A stretch of 64,000 bases of DNA from Alphaproteobacteria bacterium (GTDB lineage Bacteria > Pseudomonadota > Alphaproteobacteria > JABAAW01 > JAHZMA01). The stretch is from NCBI GenBank assembly GCA_965206365.1, contig CBDBJL010000004.1:141144-205143 (forward strand). Direction: 5' to 3'. The position numbers and the translations under genes are program-made. Of the stretch, positions 31,921 to 42,466 are shown piece by piece. Each line of letters starts with the position of its first letter. Position 1 is the first letter of the stretch. The notes beneath the pieces were generated by a model. It saw nothing but the letters and a program-made list of their open reading frames with translations, was not told the origin of the DNA and did no database searches.

Positions 31921-32334
31921 TCAACGCTTAATATAAGCATGACGCAATTTTACCAAAGGATGTTTCTTCGACATCTGAAATTTCACCAACAATTCCCGCG
32001 CAATCATATCACGATCTTGCTGATTATCCGGCAATGAAATTGTATCGGGCACACGCACCCAACCATTAATATTACGGTCAAAAACTGCGGCATTGCCATC
32101 CTCATACCCCATATGAATATCTTCTAGCCAATTTAGATCTACCCAACCCATCACTTCCAAATATTTTTTTAAGAAAGGGGTAAGACAATCATAATCTGGT
32201 ACCAAATTTACATCATAACGATAGCCAATATGTTGGCCAATTTCTTTTTCACGTTCGCTCTCCAAGCCTTCCTTATCTTCCAGGAATTGATCCACACCTT
32301 TCAACTCAGAGCCACGATATTCTTTTCCAGCCAT
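31921..32334 (-). CDS. hypothetical protein within the methylamine operon
   Basis: 137 aa; 16 bp downstream of mgsC. Confidence 0.4.
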   Translation of the reverse strand: MAGKEYRGSELKGVDQFLEDKEGLESEREKEIGQHIGYRYDVNLVPDYDCLTPFLKKYLEVMGWVDLNWLEDIHMGYEDGNAAVFDRNINGWVRVPDTISLPDNQQDRDMIARELLVKFQMSKKHPLVKLRHAYIKR

Positions 32335-32350
32335 TTGTTAATCTCCTCTT

Positions 32351-33718
32351 CTACAGATGATGATAATCTTCGATCCCGACCGTGTGATTTGTTCCTGCCA
32401 AAGGAACTCCTGCAATTGCCGAAGCTTCCATTGTCAGAGCTGCCAAATCTTCTGGTTCTAAGGAATGTAAATTAGTTTTTCCACAAGCACGGGCAAATAG
32501 TTGCGCCTCAATGGTAAGGGTATGCAAGAAATTATAAACCCGTTCGGCCGCTTCATCAGGATTAAGCCGTTTACGAAGTACTGGATCTTGCGTTGCCACA
32601 CCCACCGGACAACGTCCAGTATGGCAATGGTAACAATAGCCCGGTTCTACACCCATTTCTTCTTGAAAATTCGCTTCATCAATATCCTTATTGCAATTAA
32701 GTGCCATCATCATAGAATGCCCAAGTGCAATCGCATCGGCTCCCAACGCAATGGCCTTCGCCACATCGGCACCATTACGAATTCCACCAGCATAGACCAA
32801 ACTAACTTGGCCTCTTTTTCCAAGATCATCAATGGCTTTACGTGCCTGCCTAATTGCAGCCATCCCCGGAACACCCGTATCCTCTGTTGCCAAATGTGGC
32901 CCAGCACCAGTACTGCCTTCCATGCCATCAATATAGATACTATCTGGATCGCATTTCACTGCCATACGAACATCATCGTAAACGCGCGCCGCACCTAATT
33001 TAAGCTGAATAGGAATTTGCCAATCTGTAACTTCGCGAATTTCTTGAATTTTCAATGCTAGATCATCCGGACCCAACCAATCAGGATGCCGAGCCGGAGA
33101 ACGCTGATCGATACCAGCTGGCAAACTCCGCATCTCAGCTACCTGATCCGTAACCTTTTGCCCCATCAAATGGCCACCCAAACCTACTTTGCAACCTTGA
33201 CCGATGAAAAATTCACACCCATCTGCCAACATTAAATGATGTGGGTTAAAACCATACCGCGATTGAATACATTGGTAAAACCATTTTGAACTATACCGTC
33301 TCTCATCAGGAATCATCCCACCTTCACCCGAACAAGTAGCCGTACCAGCCATCGTGGCTCCACGCGCCAAAGCTGTTTTTGCCTCATAGGAAAGTGCCCC
33401 GAAACTCATTCCAGTTACATAAACTGGAATATCTAACTTCAAAGGGTGCTTGGCCCGAGGACCAATAACCGTTTTCGTTTCGCATTTTTCCCGATACCCC
33501 TCAATTACAAACCGAGTAAGTGTGCCGGGTAAAAAGGTTAAATCATCCCAATGCGGTATTTTCTTAAACAACGAAAAGCCCCGCATCCGATAGCGACCCA
33601 ATTCCGCTTTAATATGAATATCATCAATCACATGAGGTGGAAAAACAAAAGAATTTCCCAATCGATTGACATCTCTATTCAAGGTTTTTTTAACTTTGCT
33701 CATATCGTTTCCATCCAT
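32351..33718 (-). CDS. mgsC: N-methylglutamate synthase subunit C (glutamate-synthase FMN-binding domain)
   Basis: GltS FMN-binding TIM-barrel signature (GGTGA, Cys cluster CYHCHTGRCP). Confidence 0.7.
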   Translation of the reverse strand: MDGNDMSKVKKTLNRDVNRLGNSFVFPPHVIDDIHIKAELGRYRMRGFSLFKKIPHWDDLTFLPGTLTRFVIEGYREKCETKTVIGPRAKHPLKLDIPVYVTGMSFGALSYEAKTALARGATMAGTATCSGEGGMIPDERRYSSKWFYQCIQSRYGFNPHHLMLADGCEFFIGQGCKVGLGGHLMGQKVTDQVAEMRSLPAGIDQRSPARHPDWLGPDDLALKIQEIREVTDWQIPIQLKLGAARVYDDVRMAVKCDPDSIYIDGMEGSTGAGPHLATEDTGVPGMAAIRQARKAIDDLGKRGQVSLVYAGGIRNGADVAKAIALGADAIALGHSMMMALNCNKDIDEANFQEEMGVEPGYCYHCHTGRCPVGVATQDPVLRKRLNPDEAAERVYNFLHTLTIEAQLFARACGKTNLHSLEPEDLAALTMEASAIAGVPLAGTNHTVGIEDYHHL

Positions 33719-33719
33719 T

Positions 33720-34589
33720 CTACAAAATTATTTTCTTTTCACTAGGCTCAAGATTATCGTAATTCCACAATTGCCTACCGGCAACAATTTTTGTGAAATG
33801 CTTAACACCCTTACTCGGCAACAAATCATATTGCGTTAATTTACGCTCCAGCCACGCTTGATCCGAACTAGTCAATTCTTCTGGCACTGCATCAACCCCA
33901 CAAGATTTAATTTCACCGCCAACATAAATTGTTCCATCATACATGGAATCACCAAGATTCTTACCCGCATTCCCACATACAACCATTCTACCACGTTGCA
34001 TCATAAAACCCGAAAGTGCCCCAGTATCACCGCCAACGATAATCGTACCACCCTTCATGTCAATACCGGTACGCGAACCAACCGAACCTCTACACACCAG
34101 ATCACCACCACGAATGGCTGCACCAAAAGTAGAACCAGCATTTTTTTCGACCAAAATCGTACCAGACATCATATTTTCACCGCACGACCAACCAACACGA
34201 CCCTTAATGCGCACATTAGGACCATCAATAAGTCCAACACCAAAATAACCTAGCGAACCTTCAAAAGTAAGGTTAAGTCGACTAAGAATCCCCACACCCA
34301 AAGAATGCTTACCACGTGGATTTTTAATGACAATACTTCCATAACCTTGCGACATTAATTCGCGAATTTTGCCATTAACCTTTATGGTTGATAGATCCGT
34401 TGTATCCAATTCAGTGCGTTTATTGTAATCAACATCTGCCGCCCAAGGATAAAGATAATTCTCTTCCTCATCTGGATTAAATTCAATAAACAGCGAGCGA
34501 CCCGTTAATTGTTCGCTCATCATTCCCAACGCTTGAACCCGTTCTTCCTGGCTCATTGCATCAAGTTTAGCATCATTTACGCTTGCCAT
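33720..34589 (-). CDS. mgsB: N-methylglutamate synthase subunit B (GXGXG-motif domain of glutamate synthase)
   Basis: Repeated GxGxG beta-helix motifs (VCRGSVGSRTGIDMKGGTIIVGGDTGA). Confidence 0.7.
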   Translation of the reverse strand: MASVNDAKLDAMSQEERVQALGMMSEQLTGRSLFIEFNPDEEENYLYPWAADVDYNKRTELDTTDLSTIKVNGKIRELMSQGYGSIVIKNPRGKHSLGVGILSRLNLTFEGSLGYFGVGLIDGPNVRIKGRVGWSCGENMMSGTILVEKNAGSTFGAAIRGGDLVCRGSVGSRTGIDMKGGTIIVGGDTGALSGFMMQRGRMVVCGNAGKNLGDSMYDGTIYVGGEIKSCGVDAVPEELTSSDQAWLERKLTQYDLLPSKGVKHFTKIVAGRQLWNYDNLEPSEKKIIL

Positions 34590-35515
34590 ACACGTATCTC
34601 CTCATCATAAGGGTCACAAGTATCAATTTCTTCTGGTAAAATAGCACGAATTGCAACTTCTTCTGATGCCATCGCAACCAAATCGTCACTCTCATATAAC
34701 ACCAAAGGTTTCGCTGCCATACTATCTTTTGCCATGCCTAGCTGATTATGAGTTGCCACCAAATAAGTAAACACCCCATCAATTTCTTCTATCGAGCGAC
34801 GCAAACTATCTTCCAAAGTTTCACCCTGAGACAAGTTGCGGGCCGTATAAACCGCCAATAATTCAGAATCACAATTCGACATAAAACGATGTCCCTCGCG
34901 CTCTAATTCACGACGCTTCAACCAATAATTGGTGACTTGTCCATTGTGAACAATCGCAATATCATTATAAGGAAATGCCCAATAAGGATGCGCCGAACGA
35001 ATATCTACATCCGACTCTGTCGCCATTCTGGTATGACCAATCGCATGAGTCCCTTGGAAATCTTCCAAGCCATAAAGCCCACTTACCACAGCTGCATCAC
35101 CCAAATCTTTAATTAATTCAAGTGCGTTACCAAAAGAAAGAATTTCCACCCCTTCAATTTCCTCAACATGTTTTGCCATCGCATAATTATCACCCTTAAA
35201 GGTTAATAAATAGCGAAGCGCGCAAGAGGTGACGCGTTGCTTAGACTTTACAACCACCTTATGAGTTTTTAGCCGCTCTTCAATTTCTATAATGCGGGCA
35301 TCAATAATATCTTCGATCCCACGCCCTTTCGCAATATCTTCATTTTCTGCAACCTTAATTCGCATGATATATTGGTCGTTAGAACCATCACTACCATAAA
35401 CCGCAAAACCAGTAGAATCTGGCCCGCGATGCTTAAGAGATTGCAACATCGAAGTCATCTGATTCCCAACACCAGAAGCCTTACCGCGATGAATCAACCC
35501 AGCAATTCCACACAT
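34577..35515 (-). CDS. mgsA: N-methylglutamate synthase subunit A (class II glutamine amidotransferase)
   Basis: N-terminal MCGIAG with catalytic Cys at position 2. Confidence 0.7.
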   Translation of the reverse strand: MCGIAGLIHRGKASGVGNQMTSMLQSLKHRGPDSTGFAVYGSDGSNDQYIMRIKVAENEDIAKGRGIEDIIDARIIEIEERLKTHKVVVKSKQRVTSCALRYLLTFKGDNYAMAKHVEEIEGVEILSFGNALELIKDLGDAAVVSGLYGLEDFQGTHAIGHTRMATESDVDIRSAHPYWAFPYNDIAIVHNGQVTNYWLKRRELEREGHRFMSNCDSELLAVYTARNLSQGETLEDSLRRSIEEIDGVFTYLVATHNQLGMAKDSMAAKPLVLYESDDLVAMASEEVAIRAILPEEIDTCDPYDEEIRVWQA

Positions 35516-35567
35516 CCCCCATTACTCCTTTTCCAATTCATTGTTCAAAATTAATTACTCTAAAATC

Positions 35568-37040
35568 TTACGGAAGGCAATTAAGATAAGTATCCACATC
35601 CCATTCAGTAACGGTATGGTTAAATCTTTCCCACTCGTCTGTTTTATATTCATGGAATAAACGATACATATCTCCAGGCATACCCGATTGCACCACCTTA
35701 TCTTTCGCAAGGGCTTCTAATGCTGCCCCTAAAGTCATAGGTAATTTTTGAACTTCCTTACCGGATTCCATCGCCGCATAAATATTACGCTCTTCTGGTT
35801 TACCGCAATCAATCTTATTATCCAATCCATCATCCACCGCCACAAGTATGGTTGTGCCCATCAAATAAGGATTTACCATTGAATCCACCGAACGAAACTC
35901 AAAACGACCCGGTGCAGAAATACGCAGACCTGTCGTTCTATTTTGAAAACCCCAATCTTTAAAGATTGGTGCCCAAAATCCAGTATCCCACAACCGACGA
36001 TAACTATTGACCGTAGAACAACCAATCGCAGTTAAAGCGTCCAAATGCTTTACAATGCCACCAATAGCGTGCTGACCAATAATTCCCGGCATTTGCGGAT
36101 CATCACCCGATGGCATGAAAGTATTTTCACCACCAGAAGAATAAGTGAAAACAGCTTCGTTAGCTGGAAGACCCCCTGATTTATGACCGAGCATTTTAAT
36201 TTTATCTTCACCACCCTTCCATAAGGAAATATTATGGTGACAACCATTAGCGGAAACACCCATAAAGGGTTTCGTCATAAAGCAAGCAATTAAACCAAAT
36301 TCACGCGCAACCTGTGCACAAATTTGCCGATAAGTCGATAATCTATCCGCATTACGCAAACAATCATCATAAGTCCAATTTAATTCTAATTGACCCGGTG
36401 CATCCTCATGATCTCCTTGAATAATATCCAAGCCCATCGCACGAGAATATTTAATTACCTGCATATAAACTTCACGCAAACTTTCAAATTGATCAATATG
36501 GTAGCAATATGGTCGCGAAAATCCACCATTGGGATTGCCATTTTCATCTTGTTTCAGCCACATCATTTCTGGTTCAGTGCCACAGCGTAGATGCATGCCA
36601 TGCTTATCTTGAAACTGCTGATGCAACCGTCGCAAATTACCACGTCCGTCTGATGTTAAAAAAGCGCCAGGATCCTGGCGCTCTTCGCGATTTCTAAATA
36701 AAGTACACCATACACGTGCAACTCGCTTATCCCATGGTAGTTGGCAAAAACTATCTGCCTCTGGAATTCCAACCAGCTCAGCTGCCTCAGGGCCATAACC
36801 AATATATTCATCATGGCGATTTTGAAACAAATTCACCGTAGCCCCATACACTAGTTGAAAACCTTTTTGTGCAATCGATTCCCAATGATCAGCGGGAATA
36901 CCCTTCCCACAAATCCGACCCGTTATCGAAACAAACTGTAAATATAAATATTCAACACCAAGAGAATCAATCTGTTTTCGCACCTGCTTAATCATATCGG
37001 CACGCCCGGGTGCCTCCACAAAACTTTCAATATCCGTCAT
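35568..37040 (-). CDS. gmaS: gamma-glutamylmethylamide synthetase (glutamine-synthetase type III-like)
   Basis: Glutamine-synthetase catalytic-domain signatures; heads the gmaS-mgsABC arrangement. Confidence 0.65.
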   Translation of the reverse strand: MTDIESFVEAPGRADMIKQVRKQIDSLGVEYLYLQFVSITGRICGKGIPADHWESIAQKGFQLVYGATVNLFQNRHDEYIGYGPEAAELVGIPEADSFCQLPWDKRVARVWCTLFRNREERQDPGAFLTSDGRGNLRRLHQQFQDKHGMHLRCGTEPEMMWLKQDENGNPNGGFSRPYCYHIDQFESLREVYMQVIKYSRAMGLDIIQGDHEDAPGQLELNWTYDDCLRNADRLSTYRQICAQVAREFGLIACFMTKPFMGVSANGCHHNISLWKGGEDKIKMLGHKSGGLPANEAVFTYSSGGENTFMPSGDDPQMPGIIGQHAIGGIVKHLDALTAIGCSTVNSYRRLWDTGFWAPIFKDWGFQNRTTGLRISAPGRFEFRSVDSMVNPYLMGTTILVAVDDGLDNKIDCGKPEERNIYAAMESGKEVQKLPMTLGAALEALAKDKVVQSGMPGDMYRLFHEYKTDEWERFNHTVTEWDVDTYLNCLP

Positions 37041-37896
37041 ATTTACTCCTAATTTCCAAATAAAACAGCGATAAATAAGATACTACTGTAACCAAAATGC
37101 CCACCGCCAATCACAATCAGTACTAAGGCGAATCACACTTTAAAGGACACCCTAATGAAGAAAGTAGGATATGTCAATTAACTTATGAGAAAAATGTTTG
37201 GATCAATAAAATTTATAACCCAAAATTATATCCATCACCCCATGTGAGTCGCATGATAACTACGCTAATCTCCAACTGAAAAACGATACCCAGCTGGGTA
37301 AAATTTATAATCACTACAAAATAAACTCTATCATTTCCCCTACACATAACAGAATCTCCCTGCTAAAACCCCTCAGTTTATTTTCAAATAACCGTTTTTC
37401 AAAAAAATCAAACGCACTAAATTTTTTAATCGCTTCTGTGATTTCAAATAAAATCTCGCAAACATGATATCTTGCGAAAAAAATTTTATACAGCTTCTAT
37501 ATTTCACTTTTTTTAAAAATCTATCCAATTTTTACACTTACTAGTTGTAATTATAGTCCTAATATTGTTAATTTCTTGTCAAATCAAAATCTTACTATTT
37601 ATGCAGTATTTTGGTGTTTCATCTCCCAAAAAACCTATACATACCGCTTAATGTAACTTTCATATCAAATGAAATACCAACATGCTCGTATATTCTGGAT
37701 ATCACCCAATAATAACGAGCCAACTGTTCATTTTGATACCTTCCGTAGCAATGCTTGAAAAAAATCAAACTACTTAAGCAAACCATATTACTTTTGGGAA
37801 AATGATCAACAACAGCTTGTGGTAGCGGAGCGGTTTTGATTTGTGGTATTCTACAAAATGATGTTGCTCTTAGTTTTGAATCTGTTGAGATTACCA

Positions 37897-37963
37897 TCCC
37901 CCCCTTGAATAATAATATGCGGGGGGATTTTAAGGGGGGTGGCCATCGGCTGGGCCACCCTTG
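37897..37963. repeat. G6/C6-armed nested palindromic element (family copy outside the prophage)
   Basis: tcccccccttgaataataatatgcgggggga followed by aaggggggtggccatcggctgggccaccctt. Confidence 0.6.
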
Positions 37964-38064
37964 ATTATAAAAAAATAGCGTTTAACGAGCGGGATTTACC
38001 CCTTGATCATAGAGATATTGAGCGATTTCTTTGCAGAAATCAAAATTCTGCTTTTCGGTATTTT

Positions 38065-39400
38065 CTAGCTATTAAAGTAAAGAGCAAGAAAATCAGAACT
38101 ATTGCGCTCTAACCCATCTTTGGCATGATCATAATCGCGTGTAATTTTTTCGGGTAAATTATAAACATCCGCGCCATATTGCACCATAAGCTTAAAAGAA
38201 TTCAAAATATCACCGCTAGAATCCTCTTTATACTGGTAATGCCAAGCCAACAGTGAGGCAGAAGTATATTAATAAAAATCGTAATAATTGGCAGATAATC
38301 TGGTAGGGTAAAGATTAGGATCTGCACCATATTCCAGCAATATTTTGGTAGTGGCTAAATTTTCTGGAGTTGGCTCTTCGATCATCCGATGCAGTAAACT
38401 ATAGTTATCATAATCATCATTATTAATATCTTGCCCACGGTTAATAAAAATTCTATTACCGGAAAATTATGGGCTTGAAGAGCACGACGAAACGAAGCAG
38501 CTGCAGAATATTTCGTATGTTTTACTAGGAAATCAAAAATTTCCGGATTAGAATTATGGGCGGCAAAATATAACGGGGTATCGGGTGTCATTAAGCTCTA
38601 ACCCTTCTGCAACTGCCTGTTTCACTTGTGCTAAAGTTACGGTTGCCAAAAATTGATAATCACTCTCTTTTGTAAGAATGCCAATATTATACAGATATTT
38701 CGCAATTTTCTTACAAGCATCATAATGATAACCATTTTCGTTATTAGGATACAATTCAGCATTAATAAAATATCTTTTCAATAAAGAAGACCGCATCATT
38801 TTTATAATTTCTTTCACCATAAATTTGGCTTCCACCGCCACCATAACCTCCATAAAGATATTCATTAAATAACATTATCCAACCTGCCCCCATAGGCTAA
38901 TAATAATTCAAATAGGGCTAATAATCTTATTCGTTGCTACAATATGTTCATCTGGAGCATCATAACGGGTAGCAATGATTTGTGAGTAAAGTGGTAGGTG
39001 TTGCAACAATGTCAAAATTCTCGCCATAAGAGAATAAATACGTATAGAAATTAGGATCTGCACCATATTCCAGCAATAATTTAACTTTGTCTAAATCACG
39101 ATTCTCTACGGCTCGATGCAAAGTGGTGTAGTCTTCATCATCAATAATATTAATATCTGCGCCAGCTTCCAGCAATAATTCAATTACCGGGATATTTTTT
39201 CCATTGATGGCGATGGCCAAAAGATCGGGAGTGAGGTATCGTTTTGCATAAACATCATAATAGCTATTTGTACTGGGAGTTTGTTAGAGTAAAAATTTGG
39301 CAATTTCAGGGTTAGGATTTTCAGCAGCATAATGTAGCGGTAAGAAATGCCCCTTCATAAGATCTGTTCTTATATTCATACCCTTAGGCAAGGGCATCCT
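38065..39400 (-). pseudogene. decayed ankyrin-repeat gene(s)
   Basis: At least four short minus-strand ORFs in different frames each encode ankyrin-repeat fragments (e.g. LLLEAGADINIID...TLHRAV). Confidence 0.5.
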
Positions 39401-39825
39401 TGACCTGTTTTAGCGTGGCAGTTTTCAGAAAATGATAATCTGATTGCTGTTGATTGGCATGGGCAACTACCATGATAAGGGCAGAGATACCGAATATAAT
39501 TTTCAACCATCTATATTCCATCTTTGCCCTGTATCTTCATAAAAATTGTAATCCCTATTTAAAATTACCAACAATCTTAATCAAAATTAATGTTTGACCC
39601 TTTATGTTGTGCATTTAAGTCTTTTTTAATTTTTTTAAGTGTTTCTTCGGTATGATTAAGGACATTATTTAAAAGTCTGATGCTACTTTCTTCTTTAAGT
39701 TTTATCGAGATTTCTTTGCCAAAAATTAAAATCCCTTTAATTACCTTTAACTTTGCCATAAAGCATGGTCCTTTCTAAAAAAAATGCTAGCTTTGTATGA
39801 GGGAAAATTCGCATCATCAAGAACT

Positions 39826-40611
39826 TTAGTAGTTAGAGAGAACGCCGATTTTGATCAGATAATTATCAAAGAAATCAAAATTGGCAAAATTGCCTTTCTT
39901 ATTTTTTGCTTTCACATCAGCGCCGTATTCGATTAAAATATCAATCATAGCAATCGTTTCTTCATAAGTGACATTACTAGTGGGCTCATATTGTTCATCT
40001 TCACTACATCCGCCACCTTCACTACACTCAATATAATGTTTTTCCCTATCGTATATTTGGTGTACGTATTTTCCATGAACAGCCTTAAAAAATGGGGTTT
40101 CACCATCATCATCACGGGCATTTACATCCGCCCCGGCATCTAGCAAAAGCTTGGTGATTTCAGCATTTTCAGTGTTATGCAAAGGCGTTTCTCCGTTAAT
40201 ACGATTACGGGCATTCGCATCTGCCCCTGCACTTAGTAACAGCTTAACAATTTCAGCATCGCGAGCCCAATGCAAAGGCGTATATTCCCAATAACTTTTG
40301 ATATTCACATCTGCCCCCTCTTCAATTAAGAAAATCGCAATCTCACTCCTTCCAGCAAGAAGAGCCCCAGGTAATAAAGTTTCACCATTTTCATCTCTGC
40401 TATTAATATCAATGCCCATTGCCAGTAATTCTTGAATATCAGCAAGGGTAGCGGTTTTCACATCAAAATAATATCTTATAGGATCTTCAATATCTACAAT
40501 TTCTTCCGCTTGCGCTATAACAAAAAAAAAGATTCCACCCATAAGAACACCCGTTATGAGTATGTTTATTAGCAAATTTGCGTGTTTGCTTTTTACCTTT
40601 AATTTTGCCAT
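39826..40611 (-). CDS. ankyrin-repeat protein with N-terminal signal/anchor helix
   Basis: Hydrophobic N-terminal helix followed by at least four ankyrin repeats (TPLHWA..., ETPLHNT..., ETPFFKA...). Confidence 0.8.
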   Translation of the reverse strand: MAKLKVKSKHANLLINILITGVLMGGIFFFVIAQAEEIVDIEDPIRYYFDVKTATLADIQELLAMGIDINSRDENGETLLPGALLAGRSEIAIFLIEEGADVNIKSYWEYTPLHWARDAEIVKLLLSAGADANARNRINGETPLHNTENAEITKLLLDAGADVNARDDDGETPFFKAVHGKYVHQIYDREKHYIECSEGGGCSEDEQYEPTSNVTYEETIAMIDILIEYGADVKAKNKKGNFANFDFFDNYLIKIGVLSNY

Positions 40612-40633
40612 AAATTATTCTCGTTTTCTAAAA

Positions 40634-40668
40634 AGATGCTAGCTTTGTTCATACAAAACTAGCATAAG
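40634..40668. promoter_or_regulatory. near-perfect inverted repeat upstream of the ankyrin gene; part of a 5' region duplicated at 39760-39795
   Basis: atgctagctttgt-N-acaaaactagcat; a similar ctaaaaa..atgctagctttgt leader also precedes the MAKLKV start of ORF 39577..39759. Confidence 0.35.
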
Positions 40669-40702
40669 TTTGCTTACATAACAAATAATATTTATGAAAT
40701 AT

Positions 40703-40930
40703 TTACTTACTTAAAATGCTGTTAGTTGTTTCTAAGATTTTTTTATATTCTGCTTTATCTTTTTCTGCTATTTCTGCTTTTTCACTCGCAGTTTTATAAA
40801 ATGTAGAAATTGAACTTATTGCCTCGTTAATTTTTATCATTGCCTTATTCACATCAGCAATGTTTTTTACGCATGGATTATCATTATTCCGATTTTTTGC
40901 TTCTAAAATTGCCGAGCGCATCGCCACCAA
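40703..40930 (-). CDS. hypothetical small coiled-coil protein
   Basis: 75-aa ORF, Lys/Glu-rich. Confidence 0.3.
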   Translation of the reverse strand: MVAMRSAILEAKNRNNDNPCVKNIADVNKAMIKINEAISSISTFYKTASEKAEIAEKDKAEYKKILETTNSILSK

Positions 40931-41028
40931 GGCGGCAATATCGCGTACCTTATCAATATTATAAATATTAGGATATTTAGAATCTTCAGATTTCTTTTTT
41001 ACTGCATTGTTAAATGAAAGATGGTATG

Positions 41029-41340
41029 CTTTAAGGTGGCAGTGATGTGCGACTATCTGCGAAGTGCTACGATATGGTGCGATGAGGTTGATTCCTGAAT
41101 AGATATTAAACTGCTATAATTACCTATAAATGCTTATAAACAAGGCTTCTAAGCTGTAAGGCTTGGTTTAAGATTATTCATAAACTGCCATAAAACGTGC
41201 TTCAAGTGGCTTATTTTTTTGCTTTTGCAACATGGCAGTCTCGAAATTTAGAAAACTAAAAAAAAACTTTTAAACCCTATATTTTAGGGTTTTGATTTCT
41301 AACATGGCAGTCGAAATCATCTTAAGGTGGCAGTTTAATT
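41029..41340. repeat. cluster of short direct repeats with a CGAAA core (candidate Mu-type transposase-binding sites at the prophage terminus)
   Basis: Exact 13-mer ttaaggtggcagt at 41029 and 41321; exact 12-mer aacatggcagtc at 41229 and 41301, both followed by (t)cgaaat; inverted copy aactgccat at 41183. Confidence 0.4.
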
Positions 41341-41350
41341 CTGATTAATC

Positions 41351-42100
41351 CTAAACATTTTCGGGATATTCATCCCAAGTTTTTCCGCGCCATTTACGAC
41401 CTGTTTTTTTCTTATTAACACCGCCCCATTGCTTAAAGAAGAAGGCTGTGCCAGTTTTTCGGCATAATGCTTCAATTTCAGCTATCCATTCATCATCCAT
41501 ATTTCGTGCCGAAGGGCCGCTCTCGCCACCTATAATTGCCCAATCAATCGCCGTTAAATTAGCCTTAGATACCGAAGCTAATAAGGGCTCAAACGATACA
41601 AAGCGGATGGTTGCCGGCATAAGTCGTAATTCATCAAGCCTGTCAATATAAGCGTTGCTCTCAACACTTACGCCGATCCAGATATGCGCAGGCAATTGAT
41701 AATTATATTTCATCAAAAATTCTCTAGCGCGTTCCGGGCGTTTAGTTAAAATTTGAAATTCATGCCAATCGGCTTTCAGCATCGTATTAAATGCTTGTTT
41801 AATAAATTTATCGGGGACGGCTTCATAAAATAAATCCGACATAGAATTAACAAATATTTTCGCGGGTTTACGCCATTTTAGGGGTTGTGATAACAAATTT
41901 TCATCAAAACTGGCTTTTCCGGTCCAATTGGCTTTACCTTCACGTTTAACAGTGCCAATATAAAGTGGGTGTTGCATGGCTTGCAGGCGTTCTGCCATTC
42001 GAATTGCATAGCAATTTTTGCAACCTGGCGAAACCTTAAAGCAACCTTTCACTGGGTTCCATGTGCGGTCAGTCCATTCAATTTTGCTAATTTCACCCAT
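41351..42100 (-). CDS. phage Gp37/Gp68-family protein (DUF5131)
   Basis: N-terminal IEWTDRTWNPVKGC..SPGCKNCYA signature. Confidence 0.65.
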   Translation of the reverse strand: MGEISKIEWTDRTWNPVKGCFKVSPGCKNCYAIRMAERLQAMQHPLYIGTVKREGKANWTGKASFDENLLSQPLKWRKPAKIFVNSMSDLFYEAVPDKFIKQAFNTMLKADWHEFQILTKRPERAREFLMKYNYQLPAHIWIGVSVESNAYIDRLDELRLMPATIRFVSFEPLLASVSKANLTAIDWAIIGGESGPSARNMDDEWIAEIEALCRKTGTAFFFKQWGGVNKKKTGRKWRGKTWDEYPENV

Positions 42101-42103
42101 TTA

Positions 42104-42466
42104 TTACCTCTTATAATTATTTTTTAATTGATTAATTAACACTTTAATCGTTTGTTGATCATTATCAGAAAGTTTTTTTAAATCACGATACATTGCAACT
42201 AATCCAGAATCCTCATCAGAAGCATCAGGATTTTCACCAACCAAATCAGCTATTCCTACTTGAAAAAAGTCTGCCAATCTTTTGAGAAGGTCAAGTGACG
42301 GATTTTTTGCTTTGCCAGTCTCTAAATCCCAAATATGAGTTTTGGATGCACCTACCCTAGTCGCAACATCTTGAAGAGAAATAGATTTTTTAAGTCTTAA
42401 TTGTTTTAATCGCAATGCTAATGACACTTCTTTTAATTCGTAATCGGTATATTGTTCTCTATTCAT
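42104..42466 (-). CDS. XRE-family HTH transcriptional regulator
   Basis: LSLQDVATRVGASKTHIWDLETGK...PSLDLLKRLADFF, a classic HTH_3 pattern. Confidence 0.7.
   Translation of the reverse strand: MNREQYTDYELKEVSLALRLKQLRLKKSISLQDVATRVGASKTHIWDLETGKAKNPSLDLLKRLADFFQVGIADLVGENPDASDEDSGLVAMYRDLKKLSDNDQQTIKVLINQLKNNYKR

Noticed and set aside
36050-36697. ORFs 36050..36259(-), 36390..36590(+) and 36509..36697(+) within gmaS
   Set aside because: Antisense or alternative-frame ORFs inside a conserved glutamine-synthetase-like gene.
37041-37300. Sigma-54 (TGGCAC-N5-TTGCA) promoter upstream of gmaS
   Set aside because: The closest candidate (complement of ccaaaatgcccaccgccaat) lacks the -12 GC element at the correct spacing.
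39577-39759. ORF 39577..39759(-), 60 aa, as a real gene
   Set aside because: Shares only the duplicated MAKLKV leader with the neighbouring ankyrin gene and has no domain; more likely a truncated duplicate start than a functional gene. Kept only as context for the leader duplication.
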